This document shows, in pieces, positions 1 through 15,639 of a stretch of 64,000 bases of DNA. The notes beneath the pieces are model-generated. The model did not search any database, was not told the origin of the DNA, and saw nothing but the letters and a program-made list of their open reading frames with translations. A program made the position numbers and the translations under genes. Origin of the DNA: the human T2T-CHM13v2.0 reference genome, Homo sapiens; assembly GCF_009914755.1 (NCBI RefSeq), contig NC_060928.1. The stretch is one strand, 5' to 3'. How positions within the stretch are numbered: position 1 is the stretch's first letter; each line of letters opens with the position of its first letter.

Positions 1-362
1 GACAGTCAGCTCCCAGAGGGGATAGTCAGCTCATAGAGGGGAAAGTCAGCTCCCAGAGGGGATAGTCAGCTCCCGGAGGGGACAGTCAGCTCCCAGAAGG
101 GATAGTCAGCTCATAGAGGGGACAGTCAGCTCCCAGCAGAGGGGACAGTCAGCTCCCGGCAGAGGGGACAGTCAGCTCCCGGAGGGGAAAGTCAGCTCCC
201 GGAGGGGACAGTCAACTCACAGAGGGGACAGCCAGCTCCCAGCAGAGGGGACAGTCAGCTCCTGGCAGAGGGGACAGTCAGCTCCTGGAGGGGACAGTCA
301 GCTCCCGGCAGAGGGGACAGTCAGCTCCCGGAGGGGATAGTCAGCTCCCAGAGGGGACAGTC
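1..362. repeat. Minisatellite, 20-23 bp unit (gaggggacagtcagctccca/cg), running off the window start
   Basis: Directly visible tandem copies. Confidence 0.97.
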
Positions 363-1153
363 AATCCGGGACAGCCATGAATGCCATGACTTCCAGAAGG
401 ACATGGGCACCCTCTGTCCAGCAGCCCAGGCATCCTGGCATCTGGAGGGCCCAGGGGAGGCGCCTGGGAGGCTGCTGTGAAGGCAGGGACGCCTCACCTG
501 AAATAAAGTCTCTGTGTGCAGCCCGGCAGTGCCTCAGCTCCGCCTGCAGTGAAGGTGAGGATTCTCCTGCTTCACGTGGTGGTCGGCTGCTGTTAACTCG
601 GTTAACTCGAGTGAGATAACAAAGTTCTTTGACACTTTTTAGGTAAATGCAAACTAAAAGATTAGAACTAACCCCATAAGCCTCTTTTCCAACCCTGTGT
701 GGTCCCGGCTGGCGGGAGAGACCTGGGCTCTGAGACTCTCTGGGAGCCACGTGCACGGGGGCGTCTCCTGCAGGAGACCCCACCCTCCTGACGGATGAGG
801 AGGCTCCACCCACGCAGGCCGCATCTGCAGGGTGAGCTCAGGCCCGGAATTCATCTCTGGACCTGACGGAGATTCACCCGCTGAAGCCGGCATCACAGGC
901 CCGCTGTGAGTACTGTGTGACCAGAATGCGTAGTAATCACCTAACGCAGGATGTGGCGGCGCCGACCCACGCTGCGTGCGCACCCCACAGCAGCCCTGTC
1001 TCCCCCGCGAGCTGCAGCCGGAACCTTCTAACAGGAACTCAACAGGCAGGTGTTCGTTTTGCCTCCAGCATCAACATTTTAAGGAAGTTCCAAGTTAAGA
1101 GTAAAGTTGCAAACATATCACATGTATGCTCGTCCTGATAATCAGAAAAATAC

Positions 1154-1159
1154 TTTATT
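1154..1159 (-). terminator. RNF212: Candidate poly(A) signal for distal RNF212 isoforms
   Basis: Plus-strand TTTATT (AATAAA on minus) lies downstream of the distal exons. A second one is at 1447-1452. Confidence 0.6.
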
Positions 1160-1283
1160 CCACTACATTACTTAATTATTTCAACAAGAGGGAAAGTACA
1201 GTCGCACTGGCTGTCTAACGTACACATGCTGGTGGGCACGAAGGCTGGAGGACTGGAAGGGGGCAGAGCGGGTGGCTGGGTGC

Positions 1284-1321
1284 TCATCTTTCAGGTGTCA
1301 CTGCCCCAAGGTGAGCAGGTC
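1284..1321 (-). pseudogene. RNF212: Probable ancestral terminal coding exon of RNF212 (GPAHLGAVTPER*) with a dead acceptor (GG instead of AG)
   Basis: Minus strand reads ttccatgcctcctgcgg|GACCTGCTCAC...GAAAGATGA. It is phase-compatible with the donor after 1723 and weakly resembles the recalled mouse tail GSASPRGMDTEK. Confidence 0.45.
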
Positions 1322-1654
1322 CCGCAGGAGGCATGGAAGTCGCGGTAAAAACACAACTTTGTCTTTGAAATGACTTCAAAACTTCACACTGTTGAGGAAA
1401 ATGAGGGTGCACATGTTACATACAAAAAATAAGGTGGGGAGAAGAGTTTATTCACTAAAATGTGTATTTTAAAAAATTCAGATGTCATCTTAGTATTTTC
1501 AGAGTATTATCAATATGTTTAAGTCATAATTTTGGAAATTCACAATGAATATAAAAGTGAACATTACTGCGTTTCTGAACAACTAAGGCAAAACTCAGAA
1601 ACACAACTCTTGAGAACATTTAGAGCTCCATGGCTGCCCTTGGCACACACTCAG

Positions 1655-1889
1655 TTAAAGAGCTTCTTTACACACGCACTTTCCCAAGAGCATTTTCTTC
1701 CTGAGGCTGGCTGAGCACTTGCCTAAACACTGCCTCTGCAGCAGGCTGGAGATGCTGATGGGCGGCCGGGGGGGCAGCCTGGCCTGGGAGCCCCCGAAGC
1801 TTGGAGAGTCCCCTCTTCCTGCTCTCCCTGGTAACTGTGGTGTTGGCGTTAGTGGGGGTCCCTTGTAGGGAATTTGCAGAGGTGGAATC
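1655..1889 (-). CDS. RNF212: Distal RNF212 exon encoding a conserved-type C-terminal segment (RIPPLQIPYK...PPISISSLLQRQCL); reads through to stop 1655 or ends at a GC donor after 1723
   Basis: Acceptor is tttattag|GATT, in frame with the phase-2 end of exon 3205-3277. It is similar to recalled mouse RVPPLQMPYK...PISISGLLQRQC. Confidence 0.7.
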
Positions 1890-2389
1890 CTAATAAATTC
1901 AAGAAACACAACATCATGAATGCTCGGAGCATCTCTGGTGACACGACAGTTACAGCACTGGCCGTTTTGTGGTTTTAAAGGCCTGGATTCAAAGGCATCT
2001 CTGAGTACCTCGGAGCAGCACGCACACCCCCGCCCGGCGGCCAGCAGAAGATGTGGACCGATGCTGCAGGGCCCGTGGGCACCCAGGAGGGTCGACAACC
2101 CAGGCCAGCGGGGACGGGAGGTGGGGGCGTGAGAGAACGCTGAGGCCTGCAGGCAGCCAGGGGTGGACTGGACCGCAGGCATCAAAAGCCACTCAAGGGC
2201 TCTGGGGGGCTGACATGGGAGGGTGTGCCTTTTAGCGAGACCACCGGACCTTTGAACACACGAGTTCGGTTGACAGAGACGTCGGTGTGTGCTTAAATAT
2301 GCAGCAGACGGAGTGGGAGGCCACCCAGAGGTCTGAGAAGAGCAGGGGGAGGTGAACTGTGGTCTGTTCCGGGGCTGGGGCTGAGTCCA

Positions 2390-2555
2390 GCCTGCCACCT
2401 GTTTTTGTAAATAAAGTTTTACTGGAACCCAGCCACACCCATTAATTTACACACTGCCTGCCCCGGCCTTCTCAATACAGAGGTGGAGCTGAGCAGCTGC
2501 CCCAAAAACCAAACATATTTACTACCTGCCCTTTATAGAAGACGCCTGCTGACCC
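2390..2555. mobile_element. MER58-like hAT-Charlie MITE
   Basis: cctgtttttgtaaataaagttttactggaac...agccac matches the recalled MER58A core. Confidence 0.65.
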
Positions 2556-2667
2556 ACGGCCTATTCCTGTGGTAGAACAGCACGCAGTCACCACGTGGTA
2601 CTTTTGAAGTTTTTAGCAACAGGGCAAATGCCTACGTTATATCTTAGCTTCAAAAAAGCAAACTCCT

Positions 2668-2958
<291 letters not shown>

Positions 2959-3105
2959 GCAAACTCTAAAGTGGTATATACAACAAAACCTGACTCAAAG
3001 CGTGTAAAAACAGGGATGAAAAGCAACATATTAAATTTTTAGCACTAATTCTCTCTGGTGAGTGGGATGATGAGCAGTTTTATTTTGCTGACAATTTCCT
3101 TTAAG

Positions 3106-3197
3106 ACGCTGTGAAGAAGGTGCTTGCGGGGGTTAGAACGCTGTGAAGAAGGTGCTTGCGGGGGTTAGAACGCTGTGAAGAAGGTGCTTGCGGGGGG
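3106..3197. repeat. 32-bp tandem repeat, about 3 copies
   Basis: acgctgtgaagaaggtgcttgcgggggttaga starts at 3106, 3138 and 3170. Confidence 0.95.
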
Positions 3198-3204
3198 GCA
3201 CTAC

Positions 3205-3277
3205 CTGAGAGGCTTTCCCACGCTCCTCTGACTCGTTGTCAGGCCGGGATGCTCGGGGCCCCGGGAGGAGACGCTGC
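3205..3277 (-). CDS. RNF212: Distal alternative RNF212 exon, 73 nt (GSVSSRGPEHPGLTTSQRSVGKPL)
   Basis: Boundaries are caccacag|GCAGC...CTCAG|gtagtg, in frame with the phase-1 end of exon 9. It aligns with recalled mouse GSVTCRGPQHLSLTPSHASMTKASR. Confidence 0.8.
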
Positions 3278-4695
3278 CTGTGGTGGAACAAGAATAAAAC
3301 ACGAGTCATTCATGTTAACACATCACGGTGCTTTGAGGACGACGACCAGGCCAGCCTGCTGAGCTTCTCCGTAGCTGTCACTGCCTCCCTGCCACGAGGG
3401 CAGTGGCAGGCAGAGCCACACAGGCACGCGGGGTCCTCTTAGGTTGCGGGTAGCCCTGGTGCCAACACGACACTCTGAGAAGCCCTGGGTCTTCCATATG
3501 AGGGCGTAAATATCCTACATTTTAATCTTTCTACCTTTATGCACCTCTGCAGCTTAGAGAATATGTAAGCCATCTGAATCATCGGCAGCTGGATAGCAAG
3601 ACCTGGAAACGAACTGGCCAGTCCCAGCTGAGTTTCAGCCTCACTGAGGGGCCCTCGGCCCGTGGGCTCTGCGAGGGGAGCCTGCCCGTCACGGGGGCAG
3701 CTGTGGGCATGCGGACTGTGCCTGGCATACACAGGTACTCAATGAGCATCTGGAGCACGAGCTTCCTCCCCCGCCTCTCCCAAGCCTTGGCTCCTGCTAC
3801 CCTGAGAACTGCCGGAAGGGCAAAAGCGCGTCCAGAATTTCTTTCAGTGCCCCACCCGTGTTTGCTTTCTCCAGGCGCCTTGTAACATGAAAGGGGAGAT
3901 GTGACGACTGAGTTCTCAAGCAACACCTGCTCCTGGACCCCAGGATGGGAAAGCCACCCAGTGAGGGAGCCCAAGCATTAGGCTTCCCCAGCGCAGTGAC
4001 TGTGACTGGCCAGTGCCCTGCCTGCTGCGGCACGTCGGGGGGTTGCCGGCTTGTGGGGCAGGAGGCCCCGAGCACAAGGCAGCCTCCGTGCCCCCGACAG
4101 GGGTCTTGTCTTTGCCCCGGGGCTGTGCAGACCTTGTGAGGATGCTGCCTGCGGGAGGCATCGTAACTCCTCAGTCTGCAGGTGACCCTGAGAAGGCTCC
4201 AAAGAACAGCTAAGAGCAAGAAGGAAAGCTGTCTTACTAGGCTGTGTGAGTGCTGCCTTCACTTCTGCCTTGTATCACGGTTTGGCATCTGGAGGCTTGT
4301 GGACCCTGCAGAGACTGCCCTCCTAGGGACAGCCAGTTCCTAGAGGCAGGAGGCCACGGTGAGCACACTTCTGATATGAAAGCCAACAAATCCAGAGCCC
4401 GTGTTCAGAGCCAACCCCAAGCCTGGCGGCCTGTTCCACTCACCCTGTCTGATCCTCCCATGAGAACCACAACCAAGGTGCTAGGTCTCCCCTCACTCCC
4501 TCCCTGGGGGTCTCTGGGGAACTATGAGTGGAAACTCCTTTCCTCATAGCCGTTGCCTCCTCATCCGTCAGCCTCACACCAGTGATTAAAACAAAACCCT
4601 GTACATTGAACACACAGAACCACAAATAATAACGATGGCAGGTATCTTTTGTTAAGTAACTTATGCTCAATACTGTATGGCCAGTTGAAATTGTA

Positions 4696-5019
<324 letters not shown>

Positions 5020-8000
5020 TCAATGCAAATTTTTCAAGATAACTATTATCAACAGAGATGAAGAGACTGAGGACCCAAGAGGCCAACAATTCACCCAGGG
5101 TCTGGCAAGCAGTGCTCAAGAGAGCCAAGTGTGGGCCATGGGATCTCAGACCCGAAAGACCCCTGCCGATCAGCCCGCTGTGTGTCCCACAGGGCTTGGA
5201 GAATCCTGAGGAGTCCTTCAGGTTCTGCTGAGAATCAAGTCACACCAGGCATCATCCTGAAGAGCAGTGACTCAGAGAAAGGGGCCGCCAGGGATGCTAG
5301 AGGAAGGCCTGAAAGCCACCCAGAGCCAGGCCAGCTCTCGAGAGCACAGCAGCCCTGAGGTGGGAGGAGCTCCTCAGGGTGCCAAGGGGGCGCCATGTTT
5401 CAGTCCCACTAAGAAGCAGGTGACCAGAGGGATAACCCATTCCCACAACACCTTCCGGCGCAGCGGTCTCCATTCAGGGGAGTAATGCTATTTAATGTGT
5501 TTCACAAAGATGTCCATTTGAAAAATTTAACTGAAACATGCTGACATTTGAAGAGAGTAAATTTCACCATCTGGATGCCCAGCAGCCTGTTTCCCTGTGA
5601 TGCCAGATCCACTGTGCTGTGTTCTGGAGGGGACCGCGTACTGAAGAGTGAGCGCCCTGCGCCCCTGCTGACAGGTCAGACAGCCCCACACACTGCTCAG
5701 TGAGTCTGCAGCGCAGACAACGCACAGACGGCCCGCCTGCCACTCCAGCATGTGAGGGGTCCAGGACCTGCCGTTCAACAACTCATTCAATGAGTGCTTG
5801 TTGAGGAGGACTGCTGGCTACAGTGGAGTAGAAATCAATGAGTTATCTCTACGAAGCCAAGTGCGAAACTGGACAAAATGGTAGAAACAACCATTCAGGC
5901 CTCTGGAAATCAATTCAAGGCAGACAACAAATCAGAAAACATTGACTCCTGAAATCAGAATACACTGACTCCTGAAATCCCGTTGCAGCTCTGGGAGGAG
6001 CGGGACTTGGCTTCCCAGCCTGAGGGTGAATACAGACACAAAATTCCTCAATAAAATACCAGCAAACCAAATCCAGCAGCATATAAGCAGCTGCTCCACC
6101 TCCCCCTACCCCACTCTACCCAGCAAGAGCACAGCTGCACCAGGGTGGGTAGCTGAGGACCAGCAGCCTTGCTTCCAGAGGGGGTGGGCTCAAGGTGGGA
6201 GGGGAACACTTTCATCAGCCACGAGGGGTCCATCTGCAGGACCTGGAGAGGCCCACAGTCCTGGCTGGGGAGGGGTAAGGAGGGCAGGGACCAGTCAGAA
6301 AAATAACGGGGAAATGCTGAGAACAAGAGAGCCAGACAGAGGCAGCTTCCCTGGAACCCTGGCCGACAGAAGCAGCACAGGCCTGTGCAGGGGGATCCAG
6401 CGCGGCCACAGAAGTGATGCCACAGGGGACCAGGAACTGACTGGATATCGGCTCCCCACATGCACAGATCATTGGCCATGGGGAGCCTCAGGGATGCGTG
6501 GTGTTGGAGCACAACCACAGACAGAGCAGCGGCCAACCGCTGAGCTGTAAAGACAGGCGGACACCCCGGGACATCTCAGCTCAACAAGAAAAGAGCAGAA
6601 ACCATGAGCGGACACATCTGCGGCTGCCGTGGACACAGATTCTCCAGCTTAGGTCCAGGTAAAATACCCAAGCAAACAAAAACCAATCAAACAACCTTAG
6701 ATAAAAATACAAGAATCCAGACTTGCTGGGACAAATACAGTACCCAGGTTGTCCAGATTGCAGCCCCAAATTATGGGATAAGCAAAGAAACAGAAGCGTG
6801 ACCACACTCAGGGAAAAGGGCAGATGGCAGAGGCCCACGCTGTGCGGCCCAGATCGCATTCCCTAAGGACTCCAGAGCGGCTACCGTAAATGAGCCAAAG
6901 AATTAAAGGAAAATATGATGATAGTGACTCCAGGCACAGGGCTTTCAACACAAAAACAGAAATGCTAAAGAAAAAAGAACCAAGAAGGGAACATTTTCTA
7001 ACTCATTCTATGAGGACAGAATGAGGTCCTGACACCAAAAGCAGACAGAAACGTTACAAGGAAAGAAGTGTGCTGACCAGTATCTCTTATGAATACAGAC
7101 ACACAATTCCTCAACAAAATACCAGCAAACAAAATCCAGCAGCGTATAAGAAAGATCATACACCACGACCAACCGGGATTCATCTCAGGAATGCACAGTT
7201 CCTTCAACATACAGAAATCAACACCATATTAATATATTCTATCAATGGAAGTAATTACATCTATGAACACATCATGGTAACAGAACAAAACTCAATAATC
7301 ATCTCAAAAGAGAAAAAGAAAGCACTTGAAAAATTTAACCCTTCTTCATGACAAAAAAGGACTAGAAGGGCACTTCTCAACCCTATAAAGGGCGCCTCCA
7401 GGAAACCCTCAGTGAACACCATCCTTCATGGTGAAAGGCTGAAAGTTTCCTCCTAAGATCAGGAACAGAACAAAGACAAGGATGTCTGTTCTTGCCGCTT
7501 GTATTCAACACTGTATTGAAAGTTCCAGAGAGGGCGGTTAGGCGAGAAAAACAAATGAAAGTCCTGCAGTGGGACGGGAAGTGAAAAGATAAAAATAAAA
7601 GTAAAAGATAAATAAAAGGCATCGTGGTTGGAAAGGAAAAAGTAAAACAACCTCCACTTGCAGATGACATGATTTGCCATATACAGAAAACCCTAGAGAA
7701 TCCACAAAAAAAATCCCCAGAGCTCATAAACTCAGTAGATTGCAGGATACAAGATCCATCTATAAAAATCAGTTGTATTTCTACATACTAGCAATGAAAA
7801 CCTGAAAATAAAAGTTACAAAACAATTCTATTTATAGTAGCACCAAAATAACAAAATACTTAGGAATAAATTTTACCAATGAAGTGCAAGATTTCTTCAC
7901 TGAAAACTGCAAAATACCGCTGAAAGAAATCAAAGACCTAAATAAAGGTAAAGCTATGTCCAACATTCATGGATTGGAAGATGCAGTGTTAGTATTAGAT

Positions 8001-8257
8001 GGCAATACCCCCTACATTGATGTACAAGGTGAATTAAAACTCTACCGAGATTTCAACCTGCTTTGTCAGCAGAAATGGGAAAGTTGATCCTAAAATTCAT
8101 ATGGAAATGCAAGGAACTCAAAATATGCAAAACAATCTCAAAAAAGAACAAAGTTGGAAAACTCACACTTCATAATTTCAAAAGTTACTATAAAGCTTTA
8201 GTAAGTGAAAGACAAAAAGAAAAATACTTAAAGCAGCAAGAGAAGAGCAACTCATCA

Positions 8258-8760
<503 letters not shown>

Positions 8761-10349
8761 GAAAAAACCCAATATTAATAATAATGGAAGCCAGAAGACA
8801 GAGGAATGACATATATACCAAGTGCTAAAAAGTCAACCAAGAAAATGTATCTTCAGTGAAAGTATCCTTCAAAATGAAGACAAAGACATTCAAATATGGA
8901 AAAAAAAAATGAAGAGAACTGACTTCTAGCCAATCTTCCCTGCAAGAAAAAACTGGAAATGGTTAATATGTTGTGAATGATGGAATAAAAGATTTTTTTC
9001 CTCTAAAGGTCTTTAAGAAACATAAGTTTAATTCAGGAAATAATGACAACACCATATTGTTAGATTTATAACACATAGATCCCATATATATGTACATAAA
9101 TACATATGACAAAGCAGGTGGGAGGAAGCGGAGCTATATGGAGCAATGTGGTTACGTTCCACTGGAATTCAGTCGGTGTTCACCTCAGTGAGTGTTCACT
9201 GTGGTGAGTTCAAGATGCATGTTGTAATCTCTAGAGGAATCACTGAAATAATAAAGCACACAGATAAAGTATCAACAGGAGAACTAAAACGTGTATTAGT
9301 CTGCTTGGGCTTCTGTAATAAAATACCACAGACTGGGTGGCTTACACAACAGAAGTTTATTTCTCGCAGTTCTGGAGACTGGCAAGTCCATCAAGATGCT
9401 GGCTGATGGGGGTCCTGGCTTGCAGACAGCAGCCTTCTCACTCTGTTTTCATACGGCCTCTTGTGTGTGTGCAGAGTTAGTAAGCAAGCTCCCTGGTGTC
9501 TCTTTTGTTTTTTGAAAATTTATGATGATACAGTTTCCTACCTTAACCATTTTCAGTGTACAGTGCACTGGTATTAAATACATTCCTAATGCTGTGCAAC
9601 CATCACACCACCCATCTCTATAACTGTTTTCATTTTGTGAAACTGAAATTTTGTGAAACTCCCATTAAACGAGAGCTTCCCACCCCTCCATCCCACAGCC
9701 GCTGGCAGCCACCATCCTACTTTCCGTCTCTACGATCTTGACTACCTCACACACATGGACTCACACAGCATTTGTGTTTCTGCGACTGGCTTATGCACTT
9801 AGCATAGCGTCCTCAATGTTCATCCACGCGGTAGCGTGTGCCAGAGTTTCCTTCCATTTTAAGGCTGAATCATAGCCCACTGTATGGAGACACACATTGT
9901 GCCTATCCATTCATCTGATAGATACTTAGATGGCTCCCATGTTTTAGACACTGTGAATAATACTGCTACGATCTTGGGTATACAAGCATCTCTTAGAGAC
10001 CCTGCTTTCAATCCTTTTGAGTACTGAATTGAAATGCAGCATCATCTGGGAATTGTGTTTTTAAGTTTTGGAGGAAAGGCCACACTGTTTTCCACAGCAG
10101 CCACACCATTTCACATTCTCACCAACAGTGCACATGCTTCCAATTCCTCCGCGTCCTTAACAACACTTGTTATTTTGGGTTTTTAAAAATGATTACAATA
10201 AACATTTATTTAAAGGAAAACATCTGCAGACCAAATAATTCTGAAGTTTGTTTCAGGTTTAACCATCTTCATAAAAATACTTTGAGGACAGCTGCATCCA
10301 CAGACTTCAACTATGTGATTACTTCTTTGTCCATTCTCCTCTCTCGTTT

Positions 10350-11500
<1,151 letters not shown>

Positions 11501-12448
11501 GCCCATTTTTGAATCAGGTTGTTCGTTGTTAAGTTTTAGTTCTTTATGTATTCTGGATTGTAATCCCTTATTAGATACATATGATTTGCAAATATTTTCT
11601 CTGATTCTGCAAGTTGCCTTTTTACTCTGTTGATAGTATCTTTTGATGTGGAAAAATTTAAAATTTTCATGAGGTCAATTTGTTTAATTTTTTTTTTTGT
11701 TGCCTGTGCTTTGGTATCATATCCAGGAAATCACTGCCACATCCAACATTGTGAACCTTTTGCTCTATGTTTTCTTAAAAGAGTTTTATATTTTTTAGTT
11801 TTAGGTCCTTGATCCATTTTGAATTAACTTTTCTACATAGTGTTAGGAAGGAGTCCAACTTCATTATTCTGCAGGTGGATATCCAGTTTTCCCAACACCA
11901 TTTCTCAAAAAAACTGTCCTTTCCCCCACTGAATAGTGTCTTTCTCCATTGAATAGTGTGTTTTGTTTTGAGGACATGAATCTTATTGGCTTAGGGCTAA
12001 TTTAACTTTACCTCCTAAAGGTTCTAACTCAAAATATAGTCACATTGGAGGTTAGGGCTTCATCATATGAATTTTGGGGGGACTCAAATCAGTCTATAGC
12101 AAAATGGTATGATAAAAATATTTATTGCAAACAAAGGCAGTTAAGGAGATACCGATAAACTAAAAATCCTGTCATATATAAAACAAAAAACAGCAAGACA
12201 GCAGGCACAAATCCAACCACAAAATTAATAATTATATAAAATATCAATGGACTATCAAATCAGAAAGTATAGATTATAATAGATCAAAAAAAGATCTAAC
12301 CATATGTTGTCTATCAGAGGCACATCATGGATTCAAAGACACAGGCAGGTTGAAAATAAAAGGATGGAAAAAGATATACCATGTGAACTATAACCAATAT
12401 AAAAATTAAATGAAGAAAATCCCACCGTAAAAAATAATGAAATACCTA

Positions 12449-12866
<418 letters not shown>

Positions 12867-13785
12867 CTAAGCACTGAGACAGTTAAAACTGTGAAGATGG
12901 CAATTCTCCCCACACCGATGTAGAGATTCAATCAATATCAAAATCCTGGCAGACTTTCTCTGTAGAATTTGACACTATCCTAACATTTATATGGAAATGA
13001 AGAGAACCTGGAATAGGCAAAATTATGTTGATAAATTAAGAAAAAGGTTAGAGGGCTATGCCGTCTAATTCCAAAACTTACTGTAAAGCAAAAGTAACCA
13101 AGATATTGTGGTATTTCTGAAAGGAGAAAATATACTCATCGACAGGGTCCGGAAGAAAGCCCTCACTGGCCGTTCTGCTATTTATTCTCCAATGCCTCTG
13201 TCTCCTTTGTCCTTCTATTGTCTTGATTGTCTTTAACACATGCTTTACAACGTCATGTAAAAATCCCTCTTGATTTTTCAGCTGTGTTTTTAGAGTTATG
13301 TTTGCTGTGGTTGCTTTAAACGAGTCTCATCTTCTGCTCTACTGTTGCTCCATCTCCTCGCTCTTCCTTTGTGCTTATTATCCTCTATGTTACATCTATT
13401 TGTTATAACTCCAACAATACAGTGTTATCATTGTTGCTTCAATGTTATGTTTTGTAAGGTAATGAGAAGATAAAATAATGAACAACGCAGTCTCTTATTC
13501 TCATCCCATATTCACCATTCCCCATGCTCTTCATTCCTTCTAACAGATTGAAGTGACTGTGTGGCATCAACCTAAATGCCTTCCTTTACATTTCTTGTAG
13601 GGCAGGTCTATTAGCAATGAATTCTGTTTCTGTTACTCTGTGAATGTATTTAGTCTTCATTTTAAAGTGTTAATTTCATTGGATACAGAATTCCTGGTTG
13701 AGGTTTTAAAAATGCATTTTGAACATGACCATGTCTGGGAGGATTTTAGCAGAAAATACAAACCTCTGAACAAAATAGAAATCTA

Positions 13786-14094
<309 letters not shown>

Positions 14095-14811
14095 CTATGA
14101 ATCCATATTGTTATAAATTAGTGAATACATAGATACCTGAATTGGGTAAAAGAAAAAGCTCTTCTTTATAGTAGAATGACAATTAATACATATAGAAGGA
14201 ACTGTGGAAATGGAAAAACTGCTATGAGGCAGTCATTAGGTGGTTGATTGTTGGGGGGTGAGGCCGTATGAGGCAAAAGGTATCAGTGTCATTTGGACTA
14301 TCTCTCCACAAGACACTCATCCATTATGGGGGACATAGTGGCTGCAGTGAGAAAGCCTGATAGATGCCTGTGTGGTCAGGCTACCAAGGTGAACATCCTC
14401 CTGGAGGAATCAGGCGACCAAGGTGAACATCCTCCTGGAGGAATCACGTGACCAAAGTGAAGAGGAATCAATCAGGTGACTAAGGTGAACATCCCTGTGG
14501 CAGAACAGGTCACCTCTGTGCTCCGATGTGATGTGCTAAGCAGAGCAGTAGCATTTCTGGGGCATTCCCACCAATAGAGGATGGTCTGGTCTCCGGAGGA
14601 AATACCAGACAACCCAGGTTATGGGTCACCCTTCAGAATTTGAGGCCTTTATTCTTCGGAACTGTTGAGGACAAGAAAAAGAAGTATGAAGAAATGTTCC
14701 AGTCCAGAGGAGAGAGAAGAGATGTTACAGCTGGATGTAGCTCATCTTTCCATGAGATTCTTGACCAGAGGAGAAGAAAAACTCTGTGGTGACAACTGAC
14801 GGGATGGTACA

Positions 14812-15500
14812 GCTGTGTCAGCGTGGACGCCTAGCCTGAATTACGGGTGGTTTTGTAGGATTGCGCTGTGTCAGCGTGGACGCCTGGCCTGAGTTACGGG
14901 TGGTTTCGTAGGACTATGCTGTCAGCGTGGACGCCTGGCCTGAGTTACGGGTGGTTTCCTAGGACTGTGCTGTGTCAGCGTGGACGCCTGGCCTGAGTTA
15001 CGGGTGGTTTCGTAGGACTGCGCTGTGTCAGCGTGGACGCCTGGCCTGAGTTGTGGGTGGTTTTGTAGGGCTGTGCTGTGTCAGCGTGGGTGCCTGGCCT
15101 GAGTTGTGGGTGGTTTTGTAGGACTGTGCTGTGTCAGCGTGGACGCCTGGCCTGAGTTACGGGTGGTTTTGTAGGACTGTACTGTGTCAGCGTGGACGCC
15201 TGGCCTGAGTTACGGGTGGTTTTGTAGGGCTGTGCTGTGTCAGCGTGGGTGCCTGGCCTGAGTTGTGGGTGGTTTTGTAGGACTGTGCTGTGTCAGCGTG
15301 GACGCCTGGCCTGAGTTACGGGTGGTTTCGTAGGACTGTGCTGTGTCAGCGTGGATGCCTGGCCTGAGTTGTGGGTGGTTTTGTAGGACTGCGCTGTGTC
15401 AGCGTGGATGCCTGGTCTGAGTTACAGGTGGTTTTGTAGGACTGTGCTGTGTCAACGTGGGTGCCTGGCCAGAGTTACAGGTGGTTTTGTAAGACTGTGT
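14812..15500. repeat. 53-bp VNTR, about 13 copies
   Basis: Unit gctgtgtcagcgtggacgcctggcctgagttacgggtggttttgtaggactgt. Confidence 0.97.
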
Positions 15501-15639
15501 TCTTGGTTTTTAGCGATGCTAGGGCACCACATCGGTAACATGCTCAGTGGTTCAGAGAAATACCAATGATGACAGATTGGGAGCAAATTAACAAAATGTT
15601 AACATTTGGGGAATCTGGACAAGGGAGATGTTGGAGTTT

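Noticed and set aside
592-611. Tandem gttaactcg duplication with palindromic HpaI and XhoI sites
   Set aside because: Too short to distinguish from chance slippage.
654-1030. NAGNAG acceptor near 1025 leading in frame into ORF 654-983 as another RNF212 tail
   Set aside because: It lies beyond the poly(A) signal at 1154 and has no recognisable similarity to orthologues.
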